A DNA stretch of 64,000 nt from Elusimicrobiota bacterium (GCA_043827405.1 JBDRPD010000062.1:64001-128000), one strand, 5' to 3'. Counted from the first letter of the stretch, positions 53,393-63,234 are shown. Translations and numbers: made by a program. The notes: generated by a model not told the origin, from the letters alone.

Positions 53393-53506
53393 TCAGGGAG
53401 CGGGGGTCAGCGCGGTAATGGGCGCCAGGAACGTCGCCAGCAGAAAGAGTGCGGCGCAGGCCTTCACCAGTACCGTCCATTCACGCCGAGTCCAGTTGCG
53501 GGTCAT
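53393..53506 (-). CDS. Putative 37-aa single-TM small protein (not in ORF track)
   Basis: GGAGG-TCTG-ATG, then MTRNWTRREWTVLVKACAALFLLATFLAPITALTPAP*; fills otherwise empty intergenic space. Confidence 0.5.
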   Translation of the reverse strand: MTRNWTRREWTVLVKACAALFLLATFLAPITALTPAP

Positions 53507-53605
53507 CAGACCTCCACGGTTTTACCATCCCCGGACGGGGACGCTCGGCGGGTCACCAACAGCCTTGATTGTAACAGGAAAACCTTTATTTTTCCAGTGC
53601 GTCGA

Positions 53606-53860
53606 CTAACTTTCTCCCTTTACCCATTCCCTCATCAGTCGATTGACCTGCGTCTGGTAGGGCACTCCCAGTAATTCCGCTTTGCTGCGAAAAGACGAAA
53701 GCACGTTTTCTGGTATGCGAATACTGATAGGACGGCTTTTGGCGGGGACATTTCTTACGTGCAATATGCGCACGTCATCCAGCCATTTAACAATTTGCTC
53801 CGGTGTGAGCTTGCGGCATTGCGTTAGATATTCCGGCGTGAATTTTTGGATAGCCTTCAT
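53606..53860 (-). CDS. BrnA/CopG-like ribbon-helix-helix antitoxin-type protein
   Basis: C-terminal SRPISIRIPE.VL..FR.KA...GVPYQTQVNRLM motif. Confidence 0.75.
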   Translation of the reverse strand: MKAIQKFTPEYLTQCRKLTPEQIVKWLDDVRILHVRNVPAKSRPISIRIPENVLSSFRSKAELLGVPYQTQVNRLMREWVKGES

Positions 53861-54321
53861 GAATTTGCCTGCAAAGCCTTCACGTCTTCTATGTCCTGCT
53901 CCCTTCCGGCGGCCTTTTTCATCGCAATCAGGTCTTTCTTCGCTATAACTCGAAGCATATACTTGCCGGATTGAATCTTCTTCGATTTCATCTTCTTTAA
54001 GTCGTGCGTAATGATAATGTCAATTACTTCAGAGGAATCAGATGGGTTCTGGAAAGTCCATGCCTTAAGGTTCTTGTTGTCGATATATTCCTGGCGGAAA
54101 TTGAACATTTGCTCAGCATTAATGGGCTGCCGGGACTTTAATCCGATGCTCGCAAGGGCTTCTTCGACGCCTAGGATGTTTTTTTTGTCGAGTTTTATGA
54201 CAATATCGATATCGTATGTGGCCCGTAGGGCGCCGTGGAATGCGAGCGCATGTCCGCCCGCGATCGCATATGCGATTCCCCGCGATTCCAGCGCTTCAGC
54301 CATCCGGTAAATTAAAGCCAC
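53857..54321 (-). CDS. Small Pol-beta superfamily nucleotidyltransferase
   Basis: YAIAGG.A..FHG..RATYDIDI (GG plus DxD), third Asp in VIDII, C-terminal LIAMKKAAGREQD.ED. Confidence 0.8.
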   Translation of the reverse strand: MALIYRMAEALESRGIAYAIAGGHALAFHGALRATYDIDIVIKLDKKNILGVEEALASIGLKSRQPINAEQMFNFRQEYIDNKNLKAWTFQNPSDSSEVIDIIITHDLKKMKSKKIQSGKYMLRVIAKKDLIAMKKAAGREQDIEDVKALQANS

Positions 54322-54359
54322 TGTATATACAAGTATATACAGTTTGCCGAATTATGCAA
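54320..54359 (-). promoter_or_regulatory. Promoter and 11-bp inverted-repeat operator of the NTase-RHH pair
   Basis: ACTGTATATAC-AA-GTATATACAGT (54320-54343). Minus-strand TTGCAT (54359-54354), 16-bp spacer, TATACT (54337-54332). Confidence 0.75.
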
Positions 54360-54399
54360 GACCCAGACAATACGGCTCCCCGCGGTCCGCAAGGGGGGG

Positions 54400-55410
54400 T
54401 TAGCCGCGGCAGCGCAGGGCGCTCAGCGCGTCACGGAAGGCGGCCAGGGCCGTTTCCACCGGGATGTCCCGGCAGGATTCCCAATCTTCGGCTACGGCGC
54501 AGAAATGCGGCGCGGCGCCCGACGGGCGGGGCATCCACACGGTCTGCGTGTAGCGGCTCAGCAGCGAGAATGTCGGCGCTCCCGCGGCGATCGCGAGATG
54601 GGTCGTGCCGGTGCAGTTGCCGGCGAAGATATGCAGTTCCCTGAGCAGGGCGGCGGCGGCGCCCAGCGGCAGCGCTTCGAGCACGGGAAGGGGGCGGTTC
54701 AGGCGCGCGGCGACGTCTTGTACGGCTGCCGTCTCGCCGGGTCCCGCCATGAAAAACGGAAACAGACCGTCCATTTCCTGCAGCCGCCCGGCGAAAGCCG
54801 CGAACTTCTCCCGCGGCCAGCGGTTTTCCCGCTTTTTGAAGTTTCCCGGAAAGATGCCGACGAGACGAGCCGCGGCGGGGGCGCCGATAGCCCGGAGAGC
54901 GGCGGCCGCCGCGCGCCGGTCCGCCTCCGTGAGCCTGATGCGCGGCGTGGGGGCATAGGGCGCGTCGATCGCTTGCGCCAGCCGGCCGTAGCGGTCCAGC
55001 ATATGCTCTTTTTCGCCGGGGGCCTCCAATAGATGGGAGAAGGCTCCGTTGCCGTGCTTCTTGCGGAAAGCGATTTTGACGCGGGCGGAGGCCAGGCGGG
55101 CCAGCATCCAGGCCGAGCGCGAGAACGACGGATTCAAGTCGATGAGGAGGTCGGCCCGGCGGGCCGCCAGCCCTGCCGTCAGCGCCAGATTGGCCAGCGG
55201 GCGGTGGAAGCGTCCCAGTACGCGCACCTCGTCGACGTCGGGGATCAGGCGCGCGGCCGCGATGCCTTGTTCGCCGGTGATGAGGGTGATTCGCGCCGCG
55301 GGGAATTTGCCGCGCACGGCCGCGACGGCCGGGGTTGAAATCAGCAGGTCGCCGATCCGGCCGATCCAGAGCAGGACCACATCTTGAATATCGTCGGATA
55401 GTGCAAGCAT
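54400..55410 (-). CDS. Glycosyltransferase family 9 (LPS heptosyltransferase-like)
   Basis: GRIGDLL.STP....R..FP.A.I, RWP.E.F, GNCTG..HLA.A.GAPT. Confidence 0.88.
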   Translation of the reverse strand: MLALSDDIQDVVLLWIGRIGDLLISTPAVAAVRGKFPAARITLITGEQGIAAARLIPDVDEVRVLGRFHRPLANLALTAGLAARRADLLIDLNPSFSRSAWMLARLASARVKIAFRKKHGNGAFSHLLEAPGEKEHMLDRYGRLAQAIDAPYAPTPRIRLTEADRRAAAAALRAIGAPAAARLVGIFPGNFKKRENRWPREKFAAFAGRLQEMDGLFPFFMAGPGETAAVQDVAARLNRPLPVLEALPLGAAAALLRELHIFAGNCTGTTHLAIAAGAPTFSLLSRYTQTVWMPRPSGAAPHFCAVAEDWESCRDIPVETALAAFRDALSALRCRG

Positions 55411-55496
55411 GGGCGGAATATCTTATCATAAGGGGTCGTTTTGCCACTTTGAGGAAAAAGGATGATTCCGCCGAACGATTTCCGGAAGGGGCTCTT

Positions 55497-56192
55497 TTGA
55501 TCAAGGGCATCATCTTCGACATCGATAATACGCTGACCGACTTCATGCGCACTAAGCGCGCGGCGGTCGACGCCGCGGTCGAGCGGATGATCGACGCCGG
55601 TCTGCGCGTCGAGCAGCAGCAGATGGTCGATAAGATCTTCGACCTGTACTGGAAGGAGGGCGTTGAGGATCAGCAGATCTTCGATAAGGTTCTTATGAAG
55701 GAGTTCGGGGAGATCGACTACAAGATCCTCGCCGCCGGCGTCGTGGGCTATCGCCGGGCCAAGGCCGGCGCCCAGGTCCTATACCCGAACGTCAGCCGGA
55801 CCTTGATCGAGCTCACCCGGCGCGGCCTGGACATGACGGTGATCTCCGACGCGCCCAAGCTCGAGGTCTGGCTGCGTATCGCGGGGCTGGGGCTGCACCA
55901 TTTTTTCGCCCATATCATCACTTCCGAGGACTTCGGCGTGCATAAGCCCGACCCTAAGCCGTTTCTACAGGCGCTGGAAGCGCTGGGCACCAGGCCGGCA
56001 GAGACCTTGATGGTCGGCGACTGGGCCGAACGCGATATCGCCGGAGCCAAGAAGCTCGGCATCCGCACCGCCTGGGCCAAGTACGGCGATACGCATGACA
56101 CGCAGGTTTCCGGCGCCGACTTCGAATTGGACGATATCTCGGATATACTTGCCGTCGTGGAGAACAGCATGCAGGAGAAAGACGGTGTTTAA
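55497..56192 (+). CDS. HAD-superfamily hydrolase
   Basis: FDIDNTL, ISD, KPDP..F, MVGD...RDI.GA. TTG start inferred. Confidence 0.9.
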   Translation: MIKGIIFDIDNTLTDFMRTKRAAVDAAVERMIDAGLRVEQQQMVDKIFDLYWKEGVEDQQIFDKVLMKEFGEIDYKILAAGVVGYRRAKAGAQVLYPNVSRTLIELTRRGLDMTVISDAPKLEVWLRIAGLGLHHFFAHIITSEDFGVHKPDPKPFLQALEALGTRPAETLMVGDWAERDIAGAKKLGIRTAWAKYGDTHDTQVSGADFELDDISDILAVVENSMQEKDGV

Positions 56193-57855
56193 CGGTCGGG
56201 CGCGCGCCATGCTATTGGGAAGCTGCCTCGCTTTCGCGGGGGCGGCGAATGCGGTGCAGATCGAATACTATGACGGCGCTAAAGGTTTTGCGCCGGCGGG
56301 CGAGCCGGCGCCGCCGTTGGAAGTGGCCGCGGGCCAAGCCTTCGTTCGCTTCGCTGACGGCACGTCCGCAGCCGATAAAGAGAGCAGGGTTTCGTCGTTA
56401 AGCGCAAAGATTACAGGCGAGACGGGCGGCGGCGTCTGGACCTTGGTCGAACTGCCCGCGGGCATGCGGGTCAAGCAGGGAGTCGAAGCTCTGGCCGCTC
56501 TGCCCGGCGTGATCACGGCCCAGCCGAACCTGATCTTCCGTCTTAACCGGCTGCCCAGCGATCCGCTGGCGCTGAGCCAGTACCACCTTAACAAGACCAA
56601 CGCTTTCGCCGCCTGGGAATATGATACGGGCGGTTCGAACGAAGTCACCATAGTGGTGATTGACGCCGGAGTGGACTTCACCCATCCGGACCTTGCCGCC
56701 AAGAGGGTCGTCGGCGCCAGCCGAGCCTGTTTCAATAACCTCGCCTGCGCGGCGGAGGCGCCGGATACGGGCAATGTCGCCTGCAACCATGGGACGCGGG
56801 TCGCCGGGGTGGCGGCCGCCTCCGGCGACAATGGGCAGTTCGGCGCCGGCCTATCATGGGGCGCCAAGGTCATCTCGGTGCGGATCTTCGATACCGCCGC
56901 CTGCAACGATGACTGCGGCCCCGGGACCTGCGTGACCACCGAAAGCGATGTCGTGCGCGCCATTGACTATGCGACGACGCTGCAAGGCGTCGGCGGCATC
57001 GGCAAGGTCGTCATCAATATGAGCATCGGCGGGCCCTGCGAATGCGGTTCGACGATCAAGCTCGTCGATAGCGCCAATTGCGCGGGCGCCAACGGGGCGA
57101 TTACGACATCGATTTTCAATGCGCAGGCGGCGGGCGTGGTCCTGATCGCGGCGGCGGGTAACTATCCGGGCTCTACCAATGGCGGCCCGGTGCAGGCGCC
57201 CGGCAACTGCGAGCATGTTATCCCCGTCGGCGCCACCGACGAAAGCGACAGCGTGGCGGGATTCTCCGCCCGCGGCTCTTCGCTGGCCGCGCACGGCGTG
57301 GTCGCGCCCGGCGTTAACGTCCAGACGACCGATATCGGCGGCGGCATGGCGGCGGCCAACGGCACCTCGTTCTCGGCGCCCATCGTGGCCGGGGTCGCGG
57401 CGCTCATTTTGTCGGCGAACCCGACGATCAGCACCACCAGCCTCAAGGCCGCGATGCGCAATTCGGCCGACGGCATCGGGGTGTCGAGCCTGGGCCTGGC
57501 GCACGGCGCTTCGGGGACGACGGCCGGCGCCGGACGGATCAACGCCTTCAAGGCGATGCGGCTGGCGCTGGGCAAGACGACCTTCGAGGGCGACGAGCGG
57601 GCCATCGGCTTTCCCAACCCCTTCCGTCCGACAACGCATGGGACCGCCACCCTCACGATTCCGTCCGGGCTGCAGGGCAAAAACCCCAAGATCAGGCTCT
57701 ATACCATGGATGGGAAGCTGGTCCGCGATATGGGAGCCAATACAACCTGGGACGGACGCAACGACAGCGGGCTGGATGTGGCCACCGGGGTCTACCTGTT
57801 TCTGGTGGAAACGGATAAGGGGCAGGAGCGCGGCCGGATTGCCGTTATCCGTTGA
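56185..57855 (+). CDS. Secreted S8 (subtilisin) serine protease with C-terminal FlgD-Ig-like domain
   Basis: Catalytic triad VIDAG, NHGTRVAG, NGTSFSAP; C-terminal FPNPF..IRLYTMDGKLVR..WDGRN..G..VATGVY. RBS AGGAG before GTG 56185. Confidence 0.9.
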   Translation: MFNGRARAMLLGSCLAFAGAANAVQIEYYDGAKGFAPAGEPAPPLEVAAGQAFVRFADGTSAADKESRVSSLSAKITGETGGGVWTLVELPAGMRVKQGVEALAALPGVITAQPNLIFRLNRLPSDPLALSQYHLNKTNAFAAWEYDTGGSNEVTIVVIDAGVDFTHPDLAAKRVVGASRACFNNLACAAEAPDTGNVACNHGTRVAGVAAASGDNGQFGAGLSWGAKVISVRIFDTAACNDDCGPGTCVTTESDVVRAIDYATTLQGVGGIGKVVINMSIGGPCECGSTIKLVDSANCAGANGAITTSIFNAQAAGVVLIAAAGNYPGSTNGGPVQAPGNCEHVIPVGATDESDSVAGFSARGSSLAAHGVVAPGVNVQTTDIGGGMAAANGTSFSAPIVAGVAALILSANPTISTTSLKAAMRNSADGIGVSSLGLAHGASGTTAGAGRINAFKAMRLALGKTTFEGDERAIGFPNPFRPTTHGTATLTIPSGLQGKNPKIRLYTMDGKLVRDMGANTTWDGRNDSGLDVATGVYLFLVETDKGQERGRIAVIR

Positions 57856-58218
57856 ATGGACCGAGGTTTTTTGATAGCGTTTAACCGCACGCGTGAACGC
57901 CGGATCGCCGCGAAAGTGACCCGGGCGGACACGTTGGAAACACGCAGCCGCGGGCTTCTCGGCAAGTCGCGGATGGACCCGGAAGAGGGGCTGTGGATCG
58001 ATCCGTGTCCCATGATCCACACCTTTTTTATGCGGTTTTCGATCGACGTTCTGTTTCTGGACAAGGGACTTCGTGTTCGCCGCGTAATGGAAAACTTGCG
58101 GCCGTGGCGGCTTTCCCCATGGGTGTTCACCGCGCAGAGCGTGCTCGAGCTCCCGGGGGGCAAGCTGCGGGGGTCGGTCGTCAAAGGCGACGTACTGGAG
58201 TTTCAGCACGATGAGTGA
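57856..58218 (+). CDS. DUF192 family protein
   Basis: ADT...R.RGLLG, IHTFFMRF.IDV.FLD, SVLELP.G. Confidence 0.85.
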   Translation: MDRGFLIAFNRTRERRIAAKVTRADTLETRSRGLLGKSRMDPEEGLWIDPCPMIHTFFMRFSIDVLFLDKGLRVRRVMENLRPWRLSPWVFTAQSVLELPGGKLRGSVVKGDVLEFQHDE

Positions 58219-59818
58219 AGCCGAAAATGCGGAATTTATAACGCCTGCGGGCATCGAGATCCGGCGCGCCTACGACGCCGCCGATCGCGATACGCGCGAC
58301 CCGCAGTACGAAGCCGCCAAGCTCGGACGAGCCGGCGAGGCGCCTTTTACCCGCGGCATCCAGAAGACGATGTACCGCGGGCGTCTGTGGACGATGCGCC
58401 AGTATGCGGGCTTCGGGACCGCCGAGCAGACCAATGAGCGCTTTCGTTGGCTGCTCGAGCAGGGCCAGACCGGCCTGTCGGTCGCTTTTGACCTGCCGAC
58501 TCAGATGGGCTACGACGCCGATCAGCCGCCGGCTGCCGGCGAGGTCGGGCGCGTCGGCGTCAATATTCAGACGCTCGACGACATGGAGGCGCTGTTCGAC
58601 GGCATTCCGCTCGATAAGGTTTCGACCTCGATGACCATCAATGCGACGGCGCCGGTCCTGCTCGCGATGTACTCGGCGGTCGCCAAGAAGCAGGGCGCGG
58701 CGGTCGACTCCCTGCGCGGCACGGTGCAAAACGATATCCTCAAGGAGTACCTCGCCCGCGGGACCTACATCTACCCTATCGACCAAGGCATGCGCCTCGC
58801 GGCGGACACCATCGAGCATGCGACGCGCCATATGCCGCAGTGGTATCCGATCTCCATCTCCGGCTATCATATCCGCGAGGCGGGAGCGGACGCCGTCCAG
58901 GAGCTCGCCTTCACTTTGGGCGACGCCGAAGCCTATATCCGCGAGCTGCTCGATCGCGGGCTCGCCATCGACGATTTCGCGCCGCGCCTGACCTTCTTTT
59001 TCGGCTGCCACAACCACATCCTCGAAGAGATCGCGAAGTTCCGCGCGGCGCGGCGCATCTGGCATCGGATGATGACCGAAGAGTACGGCGCCAAGGATCC
59101 GCGGAGCTTCAAGCTGCGCTTTCACGTGCAGACCTGCGGCTCGACGCTTACCAGCCGCCAGCCGCAAAACAACGTCATGCGGGTGGCCCTGCAGGCGCTG
59201 GCCGCCGCGCTGGGCGGCTGCCAATCCCTGCATACCAACTCCTATGACGAAGCCCTCGCCCTGCCGACCCAGGAATCGGCCGAGATCGCGCTGCGTACGC
59301 AGCAGATCCTGGCGTTCGAGACCGGCATCGCCGATACCGTCGATCCGCTGGCCGGGGCCTATGCGATTGAAGCGCTGACCGATGAGATGGAGGAGAAGGT
59401 CATGGCGACCCTCAAGCGCGTGCGCGAGCTGGGCGGGATGCGGACGGCGATAGCCAAGGGCGTCGCGCAGCAGGAGATTCAGGAGTCCTCCTACCGCTAT
59501 CAGATGGACATCGAGCGCCGCCGGCGCCGCATCGTGGGCGTCAACTGCTACGAAGGCGGCGGGGAGGCGGACGTGCGCCCGGACCTGCTCAAAGTCTCGC
59601 CCAAGATCGAGCAGGAGCGGCGGGCTCATCTCGCCGCGTTCCGTCGCCGGCGCGCCGGCAAGGCGGCCGAGCGCGCGCTCAAGGAGCTCGCCGCCGCGTC
59701 CGGCGCACCGCAAGAGAACCTTTATCCGCATATCCTCCACTGCGTAGAATCCCGCGCTTCGTTGGGCGAAATCTGCGACACACTCCGCAAGCAATTCGGG
59801 GAATACCATGGCAGTTAA
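58211..59818 (+). CDS. Methylmalonyl-CoA mutase, substrate-binding (large) subunit
   Basis: PFTRG, WTMRQYAGF (Tyr), GLSVAFDLPTQ.GYD, QNDILKEY.ARGT (Arg), ISISGYHIREAG, QSLHTNS.DEA; no fused B12 domain. Confidence 0.92.
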   Translation: MSEAENAEFITPAGIEIRRAYDAADRDTRDPQYEAAKLGRAGEAPFTRGIQKTMYRGRLWTMRQYAGFGTAEQTNERFRWLLEQGQTGLSVAFDLPTQMGYDADQPPAAGEVGRVGVNIQTLDDMEALFDGIPLDKVSTSMTINATAPVLLAMYSAVAKKQGAAVDSLRGTVQNDILKEYLARGTYIYPIDQGMRLAADTIEHATRHMPQWYPISISGYHIREAGADAVQELAFTLGDAEAYIRELLDRGLAIDDFAPRLTFFFGCHNHILEEIAKFRAARRIWHRMMTEEYGAKDPRSFKLRFHVQTCGSTLTSRQPQNNVMRVALQALAAALGGCQSLHTNSYDEALALPTQESAEIALRTQQILAFETGIADTVDPLAGAYAIEALTDEMEEKVMATLKRVRELGGMRTAIAKGVAQQEIQESSYRYQMDIERRRRRIVGVNCYEGGGEADVRPDLLKVSPKIEQERRAHLAAFRRRRAGKAAERALKELAAASGAPQENLYPHILHCVESRASLGEICDTLRKQFGEYHGS

Positions 59819-61655
59819 GGGACTGGCGCGGCGCAAGACCGTCGCGGAGATCGTACAGGAGCGCAAGCTTGTCAGCGACAAGGATTTTAAGAAGGCGCAG
59901 CTCGAAGCCGACCAGAAGAGCATGTCGCTGCAGGAAGCTCTTATCGAGCTCAAGGCGATCAATAAGGCCAAGCTCCTGAAGGTCCTGTCGGAGGACTGGC
60001 AGGTCAAGGCGGTGGATGTCAGCCAGATGGAGATTGACGATGAGGTCGTCAAGATCCTCCCCGAGGCGGTGGCTAAACGGCACCAGGCGATCCCGTTCGC
60101 CAAGGAAGAGTCCATCCTGTTCGTCGCCATGGCCGATCCCAAAGATTTCTTTGTGACCGAAGATATCCAGCTGCGTACGGGCCTCGAGATTCAGCCCTAT
60201 CTGGCGATGCCGTGGGACATTATCGCGGCGATCGATACGGCCTACGGCCACGCCGGCGGCGGCAAGAACAGCGACGAGGCTCTTGAGACTTTGATGGAGG
60301 ACGTGGGGGCGGATGGCCCGCCGGAAGACTCCGACGGCATCGAGCGGGCCGAGGAGGTCTCCGACATTTCCGACGTCGACGCCTCGGCGCCCGAGGTGGA
60401 GAAGTGGGTCAACGCGATATTTCTCGCCGCGCTTAAGGCCAAGGCCTCGGATATTCACATCGAGCCCTTTGAGGATCCATCGGGCAAGCACAACCGCATT
60501 CTCCTGCGCTTTCGCACCGACGGCGTCCTTAAGTCCGGACCGTTCAAGATCCCATGGGCCTACCGACAGGCTATTTCGGCCAAGCTCAAGATTCTAACCA
60601 ACTCGATGAACCTGACCGAGCGGCGCATCCCGCAGTCGGGCCGCATCCAAATCCTCGCCGGCGGCAACCCTATCGAGTTCCGCGTTGAAATCGTTCCCAC
60701 TGTTTACGGCGAATCGGCCGTGCTGCGTATTCTCGACCGCCGTTCCATTCAGGTCGACATCGAAGTCATGGGCTTTATGGACGATACCAAGGCCAACCTT
60801 CTCGGCATGCTCCAGGGCATCGGCGGCAAGAAGAACTTCGGCCTCATCCTGGTCTGCGGCCCGACGGGTTCCGGAAAATCCACGACGCTCTATTCGTGCC
60901 TCAACTACATCAACCGCCCCGACATCAAGATCCTGACCGCCGAGAACCCCGTCGAATACAACCTCGACGGCGTCATCCAGGTACCGGTCAACCCGGACTT
61001 GAAGCTCGGCGGCAACAAGTGCTTCGACTTCGCGGCGGCGCTGCGCTCATTTCTGCGTCTCGACCCGGACGTCATCATGGTCGGTGAAATTCGCGACGGT
61101 GAGACGGCGCATATCGCCATGGAGGCCGCGATGACCGGTCACTTGGTGTTCTCGACGATTCACACCAATGACTCGACGTCGACCCTGTCGCGTATCGCCG
61201 AAATGGGCGTGCCGACCTATATGGTCGCCTCGACGATGAAGGCGATCCTTGCCCAGCGTCTCGGCCGCCGCATCTGCAAAGACTGCAAGGTCGAGGTCGA
61301 TATGAAGGCGGAGGAGGTCGAGATCTTCAAGGAGTATGGAGTCGAGCCGCCGGAGAACAGAAAGCTGTGGAAGGGCGCGGGCTGCGAAAGCTGCAAGGAT
61401 TCCGGCTTTAAGGGCCGGTTGGGCTTTCACGAGCTTCTCGTTATGGTCGACGATATCCGCAAGCAGTGCCTGATCAGTTTGGCGTCGACCGATGTCCTGC
61501 CGGTCGCCATAAAGCACAGCCCCGATTTCCGCACCATCATGCAGGACGGTCTCGAGAAGGTCAGGATGGGCTGGACCACGGTCCGTGAGGTGCTCGGCGG
61601 GCAGCAGGACGAAGAGGAAGAGGAGCCGAAGCCCGTCGAGGAGGAGAAGAAATAA
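59808..61655 (+). CDS. GspE/PilB-type secretion/pilus assembly ATPase
   Basis: ASDIHIEP, GPTGSGKST, TAENPVE, LRLDPDVIMVGEIRD, TGHLVFST.HTND, two CxxC pairs. Confidence 0.93.
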   Translation: MAVKGLARRKTVAEIVQERKLVSDKDFKKAQLEADQKSMSLQEALIELKAINKAKLLKVLSEDWQVKAVDVSQMEIDDEVVKILPEAVAKRHQAIPFAKEESILFVAMADPKDFFVTEDIQLRTGLEIQPYLAMPWDIIAAIDTAYGHAGGGKNSDEALETLMEDVGADGPPEDSDGIERAEEVSDISDVDASAPEVEKWVNAIFLAALKAKASDIHIEPFEDPSGKHNRILLRFRTDGVLKSGPFKIPWAYRQAISAKLKILTNSMNLTERRIPQSGRIQILAGGNPIEFRVEIVPTVYGESAVLRILDRRSIQVDIEVMGFMDDTKANLLGMLQGIGGKKNFGLILVCGPTGSGKSTTLYSCLNYINRPDIKILTAENPVEYNLDGVIQVPVNPDLKLGGNKCFDFAAALRSFLRLDPDVIMVGEIRDGETAHIAMEAAMTGHLVFSTIHTNDSTSTLSRIAEMGVPTYMVASTMKAILAQRLGRRICKDCKVEVDMKAEEVEIFKEYGVEPPENRKLWKGAGCESCKDSGFKGRLGFHELLVMVDDIRKQCLISLASTDVLPVAIKHSPDFRTIMQDGLEKVRMGWTTVREVLGGQQDEEEEEPKPVEEEKK

Positions 61656-62770
61656 TGGAAACTCCCAACAACGGAGCCGCCAGCCAGGCCGACGGGTCGG
61701 TGCACGATACGGCGCTCGCGCTCGAGCTGTTCTCTATCGCCGGCTCTCTCAACTCGACTCCCGATCTGGACTATCTGCTGGAAAAGATCGGCGCCGCGGC
61801 CGAGCGGCTGCTGGATTCGGACGCCAGCGCGACCATGCTCCTTACCGACGACAAGAAGAGCTTGTACTTCAAGGTCGCCGGCGGCGAAGCCGGCAAGAAG
61901 CTGAAAAAAATGACGCTCCCCGTCGGCCAGGGCATCGCCGGCTGGGTGGCTCAGCACGGCAAGCCCGAGATCGTTCCCGACACCACCGTGGACGAACGCT
62001 TTGCCGGGCAGTTCGACAAGAAATCCGGCTTCATCACCAAGAGCTTGATCTGCGTGCCGATGTTCTTCCGCGGCGAGCTGATCGGCGTCGCCGAAGTGCT
62101 CAATAAGCGCAACGGAACCTATACCGAGAAAGATGTGAGCCTGCTCTCCAGCGTCGCCAGCCTGGCTTCGGTGGCGATCACCAATACCCGCATCATCCAG
62201 GAGCAGAAGAACTTTTTCTCGCATGTGCTTGAGCTGCTGGTAAGCATGATCGAGGTCTCGCAGCCTAATATGCTCGAGCATCCCAACCGGTCCGCGCGCC
62301 TGGCGTGCGCCGTCGCCCGCGCCCTGGGCTACGACGAGTACCAGTACCGGATGGTGTATTACGCGGGGCTCCTGCATGATATCGGCTTCGTCGGCTTCAA
62401 GAATCCGAAAATCCTCGCTGATATGGGGATCAGCAAACCCGTCATGGAGGTGCATCCGATAATCTCCTTCAAGATGCTGCAGGGCATCAAGATGCTGGAG
62501 GGCGCCCTGCCGATCATAAAGCACCACCATGAGACCTACGACGGCAACGGCTATCCCGGACGGCTCAAAGGCGAGGAGATCCCCGAAGGCGCGCGCATCC
62601 TCGGCTGCACCGAGGCTTTGGAAGACCTGCGGCTGCTGGGCGGGCTGAAGCATGCCGAGCTCTATGCGCGCGGTATCAAGGAGCTCAAGGACGGCAAAGG
62701 TGCCCGCTTCGATCCCAATATCGCTGATGTTATGGTCCAGATTCTCGAGACGCAGGAGGGCTTGTGGTAG
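61655..62770 (+). CDS. GAF + HD-GYP domain phosphodiesterase
   Basis: GAF (G.GIAGWV, D.RF, SLIC.PM, EVLNK), then LHDIG, HHHE.YDG.GYP, IP..ARI, FDP. Confidence 0.88.
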   Translation: METPNNGAASQADGSVHDTALALELFSIAGSLNSTPDLDYLLEKIGAAAERLLDSDASATMLLTDDKKSLYFKVAGGEAGKKLKKMTLPVGQGIAGWVAQHGKPEIVPDTTVDERFAGQFDKKSGFITKSLICVPMFFRGELIGVAEVLNKRNGTYTEKDVSLLSSVASLASVAITNTRIIQEQKNFFSHVLELLVSMIEVSQPNMLEHPNRSARLACAVARALGYDEYQYRMVYYAGLLHDIGFVGFKNPKILADMGISKPVMEVHPIISFKMLQGIKMLEGALPIIKHHHETYDGNGYPGRLKGEEIPEGARILGCTEALEDLRLLGGLKHAELYARGIKELKDGKGARFDPNIADVMVQILETQEGLW

Positions 62771-63234
62771 ACACAAAAAAACGCCGTATCCTGATCGCGA
62801 AACCGGGCCTGGACGGCCATGACCGCGGCGCGAAGGTGATCGTTCGCTCCCTGCGGGATGCGGGCTTTGAGGTGATCTATACCGGTATCCGTCAGACCGC
62901 GGAGATGATAGCGCGTACGGCGCTGCAGGAAGACGTGGACGCCGTCGGACTGTCGCTGCTGTCGGGTTCGCATATGACGCTGTTTCCGAAGGTGATCGAG
63001 CTGCTGAAGAAAAGCGGACTCGACAATGTGCTGGTGCTCGGCGGCGGCATTATCCCCGATGAGGATGTTCCCCTGCTGAAGAAAAAGGGTGTCGCCGAGG
63101 TTTTTGGCCCAGGCACCTCGACCGACGATATCGTGAGCTTCCTGCGCGCTCGCTTTGCGCAGGAGGCGGCACCGTCCAAGCCACGGGCCTCCGCCAAGAA
63201 GAAGAAAAAGAAGTCCCGGAATGCCGGCCGCTAA
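62764..63234 (+). CDS. Methylmalonyl-CoA mutase cobalamin-binding (small) subunit
   Basis: [10 protein letters not shown] (DxHxxG), SLLSG.H, GGGIIP, FGPGT. Confidence 0.93.
   Translation: MVDTKKRRILIAKPGLDGHDRGAKVIVRSLRDAGFEVIYTGIRQTAEMIARTALQEDVDAVGLSLLSGSHMTLFPKVIELLKKSGLDNVLVLGGGIIPDEDVPLLKKKGVAEVFGPGTSTDDIVSFLRARFAQEAAPSKPRASAKKKKKKSRNAGR

Noticed and set aside
54321..54342. LexA SOS box (CTGT...ACAG)
   Set aside because: Spacer is 14 nt rather than 8; better explained as the module's own operator.
58211..59818. Isobutyryl-CoA or 2-hydroxyisobutyryl-CoA mutase, or lysine 5,6-aminomutase
   Set aside because: RQYAGF (Tyr) and ARGT (Arg) are methylmalonyl-CoA-type determinants; the B12 subunit plus meaB fit MCM, not KamDE.
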